A stretch of DNA of 63,959 bases, filler included, from Thermodesulfobacteriota bacterium (GTDB lineage Bacteria; DASVDK01), in assembly GCA_036381125.1 (NCBI GenBank). It is 5 parts of 5 records of this genome, joined end to end, with 100 filler letters (N's around TTAATTAATTAA, not from the genome) between each part and the next. Parts side by side here need not be neighbours in the genome. Positions count along the whole stretch, not along the records: positions 1 to 11,055 come from DASVDK010000024.1; positions 11,156 to 23,173 come from DASVDK010000026.1; 3 more parts are not named here. One strand, 5' to 3'. The notes beneath the pieces were generated by a model, which was not told the origin of the DNA, did no database searches, and saw only the letters and a program-made list of their open reading frames with translations. Shown in pieces: positions 10,188-20,235 of this stretch. Position numbers and translations under genes: made by a program. Each line of letters starts with the position of its first letter. Position 1 is the stretch's first letter.

Positions 10188-10415
10188 ATGAAGGTCTCGA
10201 TCGCCTACTGCACCGAGTGAGACTACTACCCCGAGGCCAGCAGGCTGCAGGCCAGGATCAAGGACGAACTCGGCATCGACGCGTCGCTCGTGAAGTCGAG
10301 CGGCGGCGCCTTCGAGGTCACGGTCGACGGCGACCTCGTCTACTCGAAGCTGAAGACCGGCACCTTCCCGGAGGATGCCGAGATCGTCCGCATGCTCGAG
10401 GCGCGCCGGCGGTAG
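10188..10415 (+). CDS. Rdx (SelW/SelT/SelH-like) selenoprotein, CxxU, 75 aa with UGA read-through
   Basis: GAGGAGGAG RBS; MKVSIAYCTE-TGA(10218-10220)-DYYPEASRL...SSGGAFEVTVDGDLVYSKLKTGTFPEDAEI; Rdx motifs lie on both sides of the TGA. Confidence 0.88.
10235..10253 (+). promoter_or_regulatory. Putative bacterial SECIS hairpin for the Rdx selenoprotein
   Basis: GGCC-AG-[CAGG]-CT-gca-GGCC stem-loop starting 14 nt after the UGA. Confidence 0.55.
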
Positions 10416-10460
10416 CGGCGCCGCGGGTCGCCGGGGGGCGAGGGGCTCCCCGGCTCCGCA

Positions 10461-11055
10461 TCAGGAGGCCTCCTCCCGCGCCTGGGTCCGCAGGCGCGTC
10501 ACCCCTTCGATCAGCGTCTGAATCGTCTCGGCCGACGGCGTGAGCGCCACCGCCTGCTCGAGTTCGCGCAGGACCCCGTCGAGCGCCTCGTCGAACGCCT
10601 TGCGGGCGCCGAGCGCCCGGATCCACGCGGCCCAGGCGCGGTACTCGCCTTCCTCGGGACAGATCGCGATCGCCCGGGACATCGCCTCGGCGGCGGCGGC
10701 GAGGTCGCCCCGTTCGACCGCCGAGCGGCCCGCCTCGAAGGCCGACTCGGCCTCGAGGAGGCGCCGTGCGGCCGCCTCGGCCGCCGCGCGCTCGGCCGGG
10801 GAGGGAGCAGGGGGGGCCGGTTTCCTCGGCGCGGCCGGACGCGCCGGGGCCTTCGCCGGCTCGGGCGCGGGCGGCCGGGAGGCGGACGCCGGCGCGACGA
10901 TGCCGAGCGCGAGCAGCGCCCCGAGGAACGGCGCCGCCGCGTCGGCGCCGTGCGGGTGGCGGGCGAGCTGCGCCGAGACGGGAGCCGGCTCGAGGAGCGC
11001 CTCTAGGAAGCGCGCCTCCTCGGGCGAGGGGGAGAGCTGGGCCAGCGCGGCCGCG
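10461..11055 (-). CDS. TPR-containing protein, C-terminal part (truncated by contig end)
   Basis: Open frame from the gap: Pro/Ala linker, then AESAFEAGRSAVERGDLAAAAEAMSRAIAICPEEGEY TPR-like helices. Confidence 0.6.
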
Positions 11056-11155
11056 NNNNNNNNNNNNNNNNNNNNNNNNNNNNNNNNNNNNNNNNNNNNT
11101 TAATTAATTAANNNNNNNNNNNNNNNNNNNNNNNNNNNNNNNNNNNNNNNNNNNN
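11056..11155. other. Artificial contig linker
   Basis: N44-TTAATTAATTAA-N44 (stops in all six frames), identical at four sites. Confidence 0.98.
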
Positions 11156-12174
11156 GGAGAAGGCGGCATCGCCGCGGGCGCCTCGCCGCGGCCCACCGAC
11201 TCCGCGGTCGTCGCGAGGGCGGCGATCGGCGCCGCCACCCGGCGAGCGAGGAGGAGCGCCAGGCCCACGCCGGCCCCGCCGAGGACGATCCCGGCCGCCA
11301 CGACCGCCAGGAGCGACCGTTCCGCCGGGGTGTCCACGAGCGAGGCCGGGACGGCGATGGCGACCGTCCAGTCGGCAAAGGCCGACCGGCTGTAGGCGAG
11401 GTACGTCGGGCGGCCGGCCCCGTCGTTGCCGCGGATCCAGCCCTCGCTCTCCACGGCGCGGCGAATCAGCGGTCCGGGCGGCTCCCCGACGAAGCGATCG
11501 GCCGCGCCCGTCGTCGCGAGCGTCACCCCCTGCCGGTCGAGGACGAGGCCGGTCCAGGCGGGCGGCAGCCCCTGCTGGGCGAGGAAGGCATTCAGGGCGC
11601 CGAGGTCGAGATCGGTGCCCACCACGAAGCGGAGCGTGCCGGCCCGCATGACCGGGACCACGACCGCCATGGCCCCGCGCCCGGTGCCCGGCTCCACGAG
11701 GTAGCCGGAGAACGCCGGGCGCCGCCGGCGCACCGCCTGGCGGAAGTACGGCCGGTCGCCGATCGAGACGTGCAGCGGCCGCTGCCCGGGCGGGTCCGGG
11801 CCGAAGAGGCGCACGCCGTCGGGCCGGGTCACGAAGATGACGCGCCACCACGGCTGGGTGGGGCGGACGCGCTGGACGTACTCGTAGAGGCCGACGAGGT
11901 CGCCCCGGTCGAAGAGGGGGGAGGCGGCGATCGCCTCGAGCGACTTGATGGTGGTTGCCAGCTCGCGGTCGAGCGCCAGGGTGAGCGCTCGCGTCGTGTC
12001 CCGGAGCCCCCGCTCGAGCAAGGCGCGCTCCTGCCGGCCGAAGAGCCCCACCATGGTGGCCGCGAAGACGACGAGCGGCAGCACGGCCGCCAGCACGATC
12101 GCGACGAGGTGCCAGCGGAGAGCCGTCGCGCGCCGCGGGGAGGCCGCGCTCGTGTTGCCCGGCGCCCGTGCCAT
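11156..12174 (-). CDS. Membrane sensor with Cache and HAMP domains, N-terminal part (probable histidine kinase; truncated)
   Basis: TM helix, periplasmic dCache-like region (DRPYFRQA), second TM, then HAMP start (PIAALATTA). Confidence 0.8.
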
Positions 12175-12274
12175 CGGCCTCGACGGTAGCAAGGTGCCGG
12201 CCTTCGGGCCACCACCGCTCGCGGCCGCCCGGCGAGAGCCCTACAATCCGGCGGACGACCTCGAGGAGGGGCGA

Positions 12275-14068
12275 ATGGCCGGGCGCGACCGCATCGTCAT
12301 CGCCAACAGCGGGGGGTTCTGGGGAGACGATCCGACGGCCGCCGCACGCCAGGTGCGCGGGGGACCGATCGACTACCTGGTCATGGACTACCTTGCGGAA
12401 GTCACCATGGCCATCCTCCAGAAGCAGCGGCAGCGCGACCCGAGGGCCGGTTACGCCCGGGACTTCCTCGTCCAGCTCCGCGAGGTGCTCGCCCCCTGCG
12501 TCGAGCGCGGCGTCCGGATCATCACGAACGCCGGCGGCGTCAACCCGCTGGCCTGCCGCGACGCGGTGGAGGCGCTCGCGCGCGATCTCGGGCTCGCCGA
12601 CCGCGTGCGGGTCGGCGTGGTGCTGGGCGACGACATCGCGGGCGACCTCGACCGGCTCATCGCCGCCGGCGAGCCGCTCGCCCACGTGGAGACCGGTCGG
12701 CCGCTCGCGGAGGTGCGGCCGCGCGTGCTCTCGGCCAACGTCTACCTCGGCGCCGCGCCGATCGTCGCCGCCCTCGAGCTGGGGGCGAACGTCGTCGTGG
12801 CCGGGCGTGTCACCGACACGGCGGTGACGCTCGCGCCGATGATCCACGAGTTCGGCTGGGCGGCGGACGACTGGGACCGGCTCGCGGCGGGGATCATCGC
12901 CGGCCACCTCATCGAGTGCGGGACGCAGTGCACCGGGGGCAACTTCACCGACTGGCAGACGGTCCCGACCTTCGCCGACCTCGGCTACCCGCTCGTCGAG
13001 GCGTACGCCGACGGGACCTTCGTCGTGACGAAGCATCCCGGGACCGGCGGCCTGGTGTCGGTGCGCACCGTGAGCGAGCAGCTCCTCTACGAGATGGGCG
13101 CGCCGGCGTACGTCTCGCCCGACTGCGTCGCCCACTTCGACTCCGCGCGCCTCGCCCCGGACGGCCCGGACCGGGTGCGGGTGAGCGGCGTGCGGGGCGG
13201 CCCGGCGCCCGAGCGGCTGAAGGTCTCGATCGGCTACGCTCGGGGCTACCGCGCCTTCGGGCGCCTCATGATCTCGGGCCCCGACGCGCTGGCCAAGGCG
13301 CGCAAGACGGCCGAGATCTTCTGGGCGGCGGCGGGGGGGGAGGGGCTGTACGAGGAGGCCGTCACCCAGTACGTCGGCTGGGACGCCTGCCACCCGCCGC
13401 TCGCGGGCGAGCCGCCGGGCGAGGTCCTGCTGCAGGTGGCCGTGCGGGACCGCGACGAGCGGAAGATCGAGCGGCATTTCTCGCCGCAGCTCGTGCCGCG
13501 CGTCCTCGGCGCGGTGCCGGGCATCACCTACCTGGCCGACCAGGGCCGGCCGCGCGCCTCCGAGGTGGTCGGCTACTGGCCCGCCCTCGTCGCGCGCAAC
13601 CAGGTCCGGATGCGCGCCCTCGTCGGCGATCGCGAGGTCGAGGCCGCGCACCCGCCGCGCACGCCGGGCCGGCCCTTCCGGGCCGAGCCGGCGCCCGAGG
13701 CGGCATGGCGGCCGTCCGGACGGACCCTGACCGTGCCGCTCGGTCGGCTCTGCCTCGCGCGTTCGGGGGACAAGGGCGACACCGCGAACGTGGGGGTGAT
13801 CGCCCGCTCGCCGGCGGTCTTCGCCTGGATGCGCGACCGTCTGACCCCGGCCTTCGTGAAGGCCCGCTTCGGGGAGGTCTGCCGCGGCGACGTCGAGCGG
13901 CACGAGGTGCCGAACCTCCTCGCCCTCAACTTCCTCCTCCACGAAAGCCTCGGGGGCGGCGGCACCGCCTCGCTGCTCCTCGACGCCCAGGGCAAGACGT
14001 ACGCGCAGTACCTCCTCGCGGCGCCGGTCGAGGTCGACGAGGGGCTCCTCGCGACGGTGACGGGCTAG
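12275..14068 (+). CDS. Acyclic terpene utilization AtuA family protein (N- and C-domains fused)
   Basis: GGFWGD, DYLAEVTM, GHLIECGTQCTGGN, ARSGDKGD, DAQGK motifs. Confidence 0.9.
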   Translation: MAGRDRIVIANSGGFWGDDPTAAARQVRGGPIDYLVMDYLAEVTMAILQKQRQRDPRAGYARDFLVQLREVLAPCVERGVRIITNAGGVNPLACRDAVEALARDLGLADRVRVGVVLGDDIAGDLDRLIAAGEPLAHVETGRPLAEVRPRVLSANVYLGAAPIVAALELGANVVVAGRVTDTAVTLAPMIHEFGWAADDWDRLAAGIIAGHLIECGTQCTGGNFTDWQTVPTFADLGYPLVEAYADGTFVVTKHPGTGGLVSVRTVSEQLLYEMGAPAYVSPDCVAHFDSARLAPDGPDRVRVSGVRGGPAPERLKVSIGYARGYRAFGRLMISGPDALAKARKTAEIFWAAAGGEGLYEEAVTQYVGWDACHPPLAGEPPGEVLLQVAVRDRDERKIERHFSPQLVPRVLGAVPGITYLADQGRPRASEVVGYWPALVARNQVRMRALVGDREVEAAHPPRTPGRPFRAEPAPEAAWRPSGRTLTVPLGRLCLARSGDKGDTANVGVIARSPAVFAWMRDRLTPAFVKARFGEVCRGDVERHEVPNLLALNFLLHESLGGGGTASLLLDAQGKTYAQYLLAAPVEVDEGLLATVTG

Positions 14069-14116
14069 TCGGCCCGGACCGGGGAGGCCCGGAACGGGCG
14101 TCGTGCGGCCGACGGA

Positions 14117-15433
14117 TCAGCTCTCGATCGCGGGGTCGGGCGCCGACTCGAGCAGGGCCGCGACCGCGGCGCCTCCGGAGAGCAGCGCCGCCTCGGCGCC
14201 GGGGGGTGCCGCGAGCATGACGGCCACCGGCAACCCGGTTGCGTCGGTGCCCACGGGGATCACCGCGAGCGGCCCGCCGAGGAGCGTCCAGGGCGTGACG
14301 AAGGTCGGATCCCCGGTCGAGCCGAGACCGGCCGGCGCCGGGGCGGCCACCGGCGGGGCGAGGAGGAGGTCGTGGCCGCCGAAGGTCCGCCAGGCGGCGG
14401 CGGCGGCCTCGTCCATGGCGCGGCGGGCCGCCTCGTAGCGGTCGGTCGTGATCGCGAGTCCGCGCTCGACGAAGGCGCGCAGGCGCGGCCCTATCAGATC
14501 CCCGGCCGCGCGGACCGTCGCGGCGTGGGCGGCCGCGGTCTCGTACGCCATGACCGTGTCGTGGATGTCGATGAGGTCCTCGAAGCGCGTCGGCGGGCGC
14601 GCCGGCTCGAGCCGGTGGCCGGCCGCGGCGAGGCGGGCACACGCCGCGTCCATGACCCCCCGGACCGTTCCGGTGGCCCGATCGTAGAGCGGGTCGACGA
14701 CCACGCCGATGCGCAGCGGGCCGCCGGCGGCGCGTCCGGCCGGGGGTGCGCCGGCCAGCGCCGCGTAGCCGGCGGCGGCGTCGCCGAGCGTGCGGCCGTA
14801 CACCCCGACCGTGTCGAAGCTGGCCGCGAGCGGGACGACGCCATCGGCCGGAAGGCTCCGCGAGGTCGGCTTCACCGCAGCGACGCCGCAGTAGGCGGCG
14901 GGACGACACACGGAGGCGTTGGTCTGCGTGCCGAGGGCGAGCGGCACCATGCCGGCTGCCACGGCGGCGCCGGACCCGCTGCTCGAGCCGCCGGGCGTGT
15001 GCCCGAGGCGGTGCGGGTTCCGGGTCGGCGCCGGGTCGAAGAAGGCGAACTCCGTCGTGTGGGTCTTGCCGAGGACGATGGCGCCGGCGGCGCGCAGGCG
15101 CGCCACCACGGGTGCGTCGGCCGCGGCCGGCGGGGCGCCGTCGCACGCCCGGCTGCCCGCGCGGGTCGGCAGACCGGCGACGTCGATGACGTCCTTGACG
15201 CCGACCGGGATCCCGTGGAGCGGCCCGCGGATGCGCCCCGCCCGGGCCTCCTCCGTGAGGGCCGCCGCGGCCGCTCGTGCCCCCTCGGCGTCGACGAGTC
15301 GCCACGCCTGGACGCGCGCCTCCACCTCGCCGATCCGCGCGAGGCAGCGCTCCACGAGCGCGCTCGGCGTGAGCGCCAGCGATCCGATCTCCTGCGCCAA
15401 CCTCGTGATGGTCGGGCGGTCCTGCTCCGGCAT
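14117..15433 (-). CDS. Amidase signature family protein
   Basis: GPLHGIPVGVKD, GKTHTTEFA, TPGGSSSGS, GTQTNASVCRPA. Confidence 0.92.
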   Translation of the reverse strand: MPEQDRPTITRLAQEIGSLALTPSALVERCLARIGEVEARVQAWRLVDAEGARAAAAALTEEARAGRIRGPLHGIPVGVKDVIDVAGLPTRAGSRACDGAPPAAADAPVVARLRAAGAIVLGKTHTTEFAFFDPAPTRNPHRLGHTPGGSSSGSGAAVAAGMVPLALGTQTNASVCRPAAYCGVAAVKPTSRSLPADGVVPLAASFDTVGVYGRTLGDAAAGYAALAGAPPAGRAAGGPLRIGVVVDPLYDRATGTVRGVMDAACARLAAAGHRLEPARPPTRFEDLIDIHDTVMAYETAAAHAATVRAAGDLIGPRLRAFVERGLAITTDRYEAARRAMDEAAAAAWRTFGGHDLLLAPPVAAPAPAGLGSTGDPTFVTPWTLLGGPLAVIPVGTDATGLPVAVMLAAPPGAEAALLSGGAAVAALLESAPDPAIES

Positions 15434-15567
15434 GCGCGTCTCCTCGCGACAACGGGTTGCTCGGGGCGTAAAACTGCATTATAGTTCGTCGTACCCATTC
15501 TTCGTTTCCGAGCGCAGACGTCGCCCGTTCCCGATGCAGCCCGCCACCGTCAGCCGGGAGGTTCGAC

Positions 15568-16821
15568 ATGCGTGATCCGAAGGGTAGCCCCGCCTCGCCC
15601 GTCACCCGACGGGACGTCCTCAAGCTCGGTGCGGCGGGCGCCGCCGCGACGGCCGCCGGCCTCGGCGCCCCGGCCATCCTGCGAGCGCAGCCGAGGGAGG
15701 TCGTCATGCTCGGCCTCGTGCCGCTCACCGGCCCGTACGCCGACGTCGGCCCGGTCTTCGAGAACGGCATGAAGCTGGCCCTCGAAGAGCGCGGGATGAC
15801 GGTGCAGGGCCGGGCCATCAGGTACATCAATCGCGACTCGGAGACCAAGGCCGGCGCCGCCACCCGGCGCACGGAGGAGGCGGTGGACACCGAGGGGGCC
15901 CGGTACGTCGTCGGCCCCTGGTCCTCCGGCGTGGCGCTCGCCGTCTCGGAGGTGGCCAAGCGCAAGAAGGTCCTCCACTACTTCAGCGGCGGCACGGAGG
16001 ACATCTCCGGCTCCCGCTGCCACCGGTACTCGTTCCAGTGGGCGGCGAGCCCGTACACGGCCGCCAGGACGGTCGTCGACGCCTTCATGAAGGCGAACCC
16101 GAAGGCGAAGCGCTGGTACCTGCTCATCGCCGACTACGCCTTCGGCTGGTCGCTCGAGAAGTACCTCAAGGAGGTCGGCAAGACCCACGGCATCGAGTTC
16201 GTGGGGTCCGACCGCCACCCGCTCGGCGAGCGGGAGTTCTCGAACTACGTGACCAAGGCGGCAGGCTATCGGCCCGACGCGGTCGCCATGGTGAACTTCG
16301 GCACCGACGCCGTCACCGCCGCGCGCCAGATCTACAACTTCGGGCTCACGCCGAGAGTGCCCCTCATCATGACCTGGTCCTCGGGCGTGGAGGAGCTGAT
16401 CCAGCTTGCGCCGGAGATCCGGGAGAACCTCTGGGTCGGCTCGAACTTCTACTACACGGCCGACACCCCGGTGGCTCGCGCGTTCGTGAAGAGCTACCAG
16501 GCGAAGCACGGCACCCCGCCCGGGTACGCCCCCTCGGCCGCCTACAGCATGACGCGCCTCATCCTCGCCGCGATGGACAAGGCGAAGTCCACGGAGGTGC
16601 CCGACGTCATCAAGGCCCTCGAGGGGCTCGAGGTGGACGGCCTCGCCGGGACGATGCGGGTCGACCCGAAGACCCACCAGACGCTTCGGCCCTACTTCTT
16701 CCTGCGGTGCAAGAAGCAGGGGGACATGAAGCACGAGCTGGACTTCGCCGACATCATCGCCACCGGCTCGGCCCCGCTGCCTGCCGAGTACGCGACCTGC
16801 AAGGACATCGGATCGCTGTAG
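15568..16821 (+). CDS. Branched-chain amino acid-type ABC substrate-binding protein, Tat signal
   Basis: TRRDVLK twin-arginine signal; PLTGPYA, DYAFG motifs. Confidence 0.9.
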   Translation: MRDPKGSPASPVTRRDVLKLGAAGAAATAAGLGAPAILRAQPREVVMLGLVPLTGPYADVGPVFENGMKLALEERGMTVQGRAIRYINRDSETKAGAATRRTEEAVDTEGARYVVGPWSSGVALAVSEVAKRKKVLHYFSGGTEDISGSRCHRYSFQWAASPYTAARTVVDAFMKANPKAKRWYLLIADYAFGWSLEKYLKEVGKTHGIEFVGSDRHPLGEREFSNYVTKAAGYRPDAVAMVNFGTDAVTAARQIYNFGLTPRVPLIMTWSSGVEELIQLAPEIRENLWVGSNFYYTADTPVARAFVKSYQAKHGTPPGYAPSAAYSMTRLILAAMDKAKSTEVPDVIKALEGLEVDGLAGTMRVDPKTHQTLRPYFFLRCKKQGDMKHELDFADIIATGSAPLPAEYATCKDIGSL

Positions 16822-16835
16822 GCGATTCCATCGCC

Positions 16836-16865
16836 GCCCGGGCGGGCGAGGCCGCCCGCCCGGGC
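16836..16865 (+). terminator. 13-bp perfect hairpin after the SBP gene (mRNA stabiliser or partial terminator)
   Basis: GCCCGGGCGGGCG-AGGC-CGCCCGCCCGGGC; no U-tract. Confidence 0.5.
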
Positions 16866-16876
16866 CGACGGGACCC

Positions 16877-17740
16877 GTGAACACAAGCCTCCTGCTCAGC
16901 CAGGTCCTGAACGGGATCGTGACGGGGATGCTCTACGCCCTCATGGGGCTCGGGCTCTCGATGATCACCGGCGTCCTCAACATCCCCAACTTCGCGCACG
17001 GGGCGATGTTCGCGCTCGGCGCGTACCTGACCGTGGCGGCGATCCACCTCATCGGCAACTTCTGGATCGCACTGGCCCTGGCGCCGCTCGGCGTGGCGCT
17101 CCTCGGCGTGCTGATCGAGGTCGCCGGCATCCGCCGCCTCTACGCCGCCGGCCACGACTACCAGCTGCTCCTCACCTTCGGCCTGGCGCTCGTCATCCCC
17201 GAGCTGATCATCATCGTCTGGGGACCGGTCGGGATGAGCCAGCTGCCGCCGCCCGGGCTGGGCGGGGCGATCGACCTCGGGATCACCTTCTACCCGAAGT
17301 ACCGGCTCTTCGCGATGATCATGGCGGGGCTCCTCGTGCTCGGCGCCTGGCTCGTCCTCGAGAAGACCCGCTACGGCGCGATCATGCGGGCCGGCATCGA
17401 GGACCGCGAGACGGTTGCCCTCCTCGGCATCGACATCAACCGTCTCTTCACCGCGGCCTTCGCCATCGGCGCCTACCTCGCGGGGCTCGCCGGCGCGCTG
17501 ACCGCGCCGATACGCGGCCTGTCGCCCACCATGGGAGTCGACATGCTCGGGATCGCGTTCGTCGTGGTCGCCCTCGGCGGGCTCGGCAACCTCCTCGGAG
17601 CCATCGGCGCGGGGCTCCTCATCGGGCTCACCCAGAGCCTCGTCGCCCTCGTGTGGCCCGAAGCGTCGGTGGCCGGCATCTTCGCCGTCATGGCGGTGGT
17701 CCTCATCGCCCGGCCCCAGGGGCTCTTCGGCATCCGATGA
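16877..17740 (+). CDS. Branched-chain amino acid ABC permease (LivH-like)
   Basis: NFAHG, VALGGLG, RPQGLFG motifs. Confidence 0.9.
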   Translation: MNTSLLLSQVLNGIVTGMLYALMGLGLSMITGVLNIPNFAHGAMFALGAYLTVAAIHLIGNFWIALALAPLGVALLGVLIEVAGIRRLYAAGHDYQLLLTFGLALVIPELIIIVWGPVGMSQLPPPGLGGAIDLGITFYPKYRLFAMIMAGLLVLGAWLVLEKTRYGAIMRAGIEDRETVALLGIDINRLFTAAFAIGAYLAGLAGALTAPIRGLSPTMGVDMLGIAFVVVALGGLGNLLGAIGAGLLIGLTQSLVALVWPEASVAGIFAVMAVVLIARPQGLFGIR

Positions 17741-18681
17741 GCCGCCTCCCCCTCGCCGCCGTCCTGATCGCCGTCGTCGGGCTGCCGCTCGTCGTCCGCG
17801 AGGCGATCGCGACCGAGATCTGGATCTTCGCCATCTTCGGCCTCGGGCTGAACCTCCTCCTCGGGTACACGGGGCTGCTCTCCTTCGGGCAGGCGACCTT
17901 CTTCGGCACCGCCGCCTACGTGGCCGGCTACCTCCTCAAGCACCACGACGTGAACCTGGCGCTCGTGCTCGTGCTCGGGGTGGTCGTGGGCGCGGCGACG
18001 GCGCTGGCGGTCGGCGCGGTCTGCGTCCGGCGCTCGGGCCTCTACTTCATCATGCTCACGTTCGCCCTGAACCAGATGTTCTACTTCATCGCGTACCAGT
18101 GGACGACGGTGACCGGCGGGGAGGACGGCATGCCCGGGGTGCCACGGCCCTCGGTCTTCGGGCTCGACCTCGGCGCCCCGATGGCCTACTACGCCTTCGT
18201 CGCCGCCCTCTTCCTGGCCTCGCTCTGGATCATGCGGCGCATCGTCGGCTCGCCGCTCGGCACGATCCTCCAGGCGATCCGGGAGAACGACCTCCGGGCC
18301 GGCGCGATCGGCTACGACACCGCCAGGATGAAGCTCCTCGCGTTCGTGATCGCCGGCGCCTTCTCCGGCCTGGCCGGCGTCCTCTACTCGATGCTCTTCG
18401 GCATCGTGCCGCTCGAGGCGATCGGGTTCGTCTTCTCCGGGAACGTCGTCTTCGCCACGCTCATCGGCGGCGCCGGCTCGCTCTACGGCCCCGTCATCGG
18501 CTCGGTGATCTTCATCTGGCTCTCGGAGTCGGTCAGCGTCATGTGGGCCCGGTGGCCGCTCCTCCTCGGCGTGGCCTTCATGGTGGTGGTGCTCTTCCTC
18601 CGAGGCGGCGTCGTGGAGGCCTCGGCCCGACTGGCGCACTGGCTGCGCGATCGCCAGGCCCGACACCCGGTGAAGCGATGA
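17737..18681 (+). CDS. Branched-chain amino acid ABC permease (LivM-like)
   Basis: GYTGLLSFGQ, TGGEDG, AIREN motifs; ATGA overlap. Confidence 0.9.
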   Translation: MSRLPLAAVLIAVVGLPLVVREAIATEIWIFAIFGLGLNLLLGYTGLLSFGQATFFGTAAYVAGYLLKHHDVNLALVLVLGVVVGAATALAVGAVCVRRSGLYFIMLTFALNQMFYFIAYQWTTVTGGEDGMPGVPRPSVFGLDLGAPMAYYAFVAALFLASLWIMRRIVGSPLGTILQAIRENDLRAGAIGYDTARMKLLAFVIAGAFSGLAGVLYSMLFGIVPLEAIGFVFSGNVVFATLIGGAGSLYGPVIGSVIFIWLSESVSVMWARWPLLLGVAFMVVVLFLRGGVVEASARLAHWLRDRQARHPVKR

Positions 18682-19430
18682 GCGTCCTCAGGGCCGAGCG
18701 GCTGGTGAAGAGCTTCGGCGCCCTCACCGCGGTGAACGGCGTCTCGCTCGAGGTCGGGGCCGGTACGCTCCACTCGGTCATCGGGCCGAACGGCGCCGGA
18801 AAGACGACGCTCTTCAACCTCCTGACCGGGCAGTTCCCGCCGACGTCGGGGCGGATCGTCTTCGACGGACGGGACATCACCGGCACGCCGGCCCATCGCG
18901 TGGCGCACCTCGGGATCGCCCGCTCCTTCCAGCGCACGAGCCTCTTCCCGGCCCTGTCGATCCTCGACAACGTCTGGCTCGCCGCCTTCGCCCGGGCGGA
19001 GTCGTGGCGCGGGCTCCTCTGGCGACCCACGACGCGCTATCCGGCCCTGCGCGAGCAGGCGTTGCGGGCGCTCGGCGAGGTGGGCCTCGAGGCGAAGGCC
19101 GGCATGCCGGCGCGGGCGCTCTCCCACGGCGAGCAGCGGCAGCTCGAGCTGGCCATCGCGCTGGCCGCCTCGCCGCGCCTCCTCCTCCTCGACGAGCCGG
19201 CGGCCGGGCTCTCGGCGGACGAGACGCGCAAGATGGTCACCCTCGTCCGGGCGCTCAAGGGCCGGTACACGATCGTCCTCATCGAGCACAAGATGGACGT
19301 GATCATGACGATCTCGGACCGGATCACCGTCATGCACTTCGGCGCCGTCATCGCCGAGGGGACGCCGGCCGAGATCCAGGGGAACGCGGACGTGCGGCGC
19401 GCCTATCTGGGGGGGATCGCGGCGGGATGA
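18678..19430 (+). CDS. ABC ATP-binding protein (LivG-like)
   Basis: GPNGAGKT, LSHGE, LLLDEP, IEH. Confidence 0.92.
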   Translation: MSVLRAERLVKSFGALTAVNGVSLEVGAGTLHSVIGPNGAGKTTLFNLLTGQFPPTSGRIVFDGRDITGTPAHRVAHLGIARSFQRTSLFPALSILDNVWLAAFARAESWRGLLWRPTTRYPALREQALRALGEVGLEAKAGMPARALSHGEQRQLELAIALAASPRLLLLDEPAAGLSADETRKMVTLVRALKGRYTIVLIEHKMDVIMTISDRITVMHFGAVIAEGTPAEIQGNADVRRAYLGGIAAG

Positions 19431-20125
19431 TCCTCGAGGTCCAGGGCATCGACACCTTCTACGGCCAGGCACACATCCTCCACGGGCTGTCGCTGTCCGT
19501 GGGGGAGGGGGAGGTCGTCGCCCTCCTCGGCCGCAACGGCGCCGGCAAGACGACCACGCTCCGGTCGGTCACCGGGCTCACCCCGCCCCGCCGTGGCCGG
19601 ATCCTCTACCGGGGCGTCGACATCGCCGGCCGTCCCGCGCACCGGATCTCGAAGGACGGCATCGCCCTCGTGCCGGAGACCCGCGGCGTCTTCTCCTACC
19701 TGACGGCGCGCGAGAACCTCGACATCGCCAGGCGTCCCGGGTCCCGTTGGCAGGTGGAGACGGTGCTCGAGCGCTTCCCGAAGCTCCGGGAGGTGCTCGA
19801 CCGGAAGGGGCGCCTCCTGTCCGGGGGCGAGCAGGAGATGCTCGCCATCGCCCGGGCGCTGGTGACCGGCCCCGACCTCCTGCTCCTCGACGAGCCGTCG
19901 CAGGGGCTCGCGCCGATCGTCGTCGAGGCGGTCATGGCGACGATCCGCGAGCTGCGCCGGGAGCGGGTGAGCATGCTCCTCGTGGAGCAGAACGCCGAGA
20001 TGGCGCTGCAGTTGGCCGACCGCGTCTACGTCATCGACCAGGGCACGATCGTCTTCGAGGGCACGCCCGCCGCGCTGCGCGCCGACCGCGGGGTGACCGC
20101 GACCTACCTCGGCGTCGGGGGGTAA
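19427..20125 (+). CDS. ABC ATP-binding protein (LivF-like)
   Basis: GRNGAGKT, LSGGE, LLLDEPSQGLAP, VEQN. Confidence 0.92.
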   Translation: MILEVQGIDTFYGQAHILHGLSLSVGEGEVVALLGRNGAGKTTTLRSVTGLTPPRRGRILYRGVDIAGRPAHRISKDGIALVPETRGVFSYLTARENLDIARRPGSRWQVETVLERFPKLREVLDRKGRLLSGGEQEMLAIARALVTGPDLLLLDEPSQGLAPIVVEAVMATIRELRRERVSMLLVEQNAEMALQLADRVYVIDQGTIVFEGTPAALRADRGVTATYLGVGG

Positions 20126-20175
20126 GCCGGGACCGCGCCGCGCCGGCCACTCGCCGCTTGACGGCGGCCCGCCCG

Positions 20176-20215
20176 TTGCCGTAACGTGGCAACAGATATT
20201 ACCGGTATGATCTGT
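20176..20215. promoter_or_regulatory. Adjacent palindromes upstream of gntR (putative operator)
   Basis: TTGCC-N7-GGCAA (20176-20192) and ACAGAT-at-TACCGGTA-tg-ATCTGT (20192-20215) in an AT-richer patch. Confidence 0.5.
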
Positions 20216-20235
20216 CTGACTGTCGAGGGGGCTCC

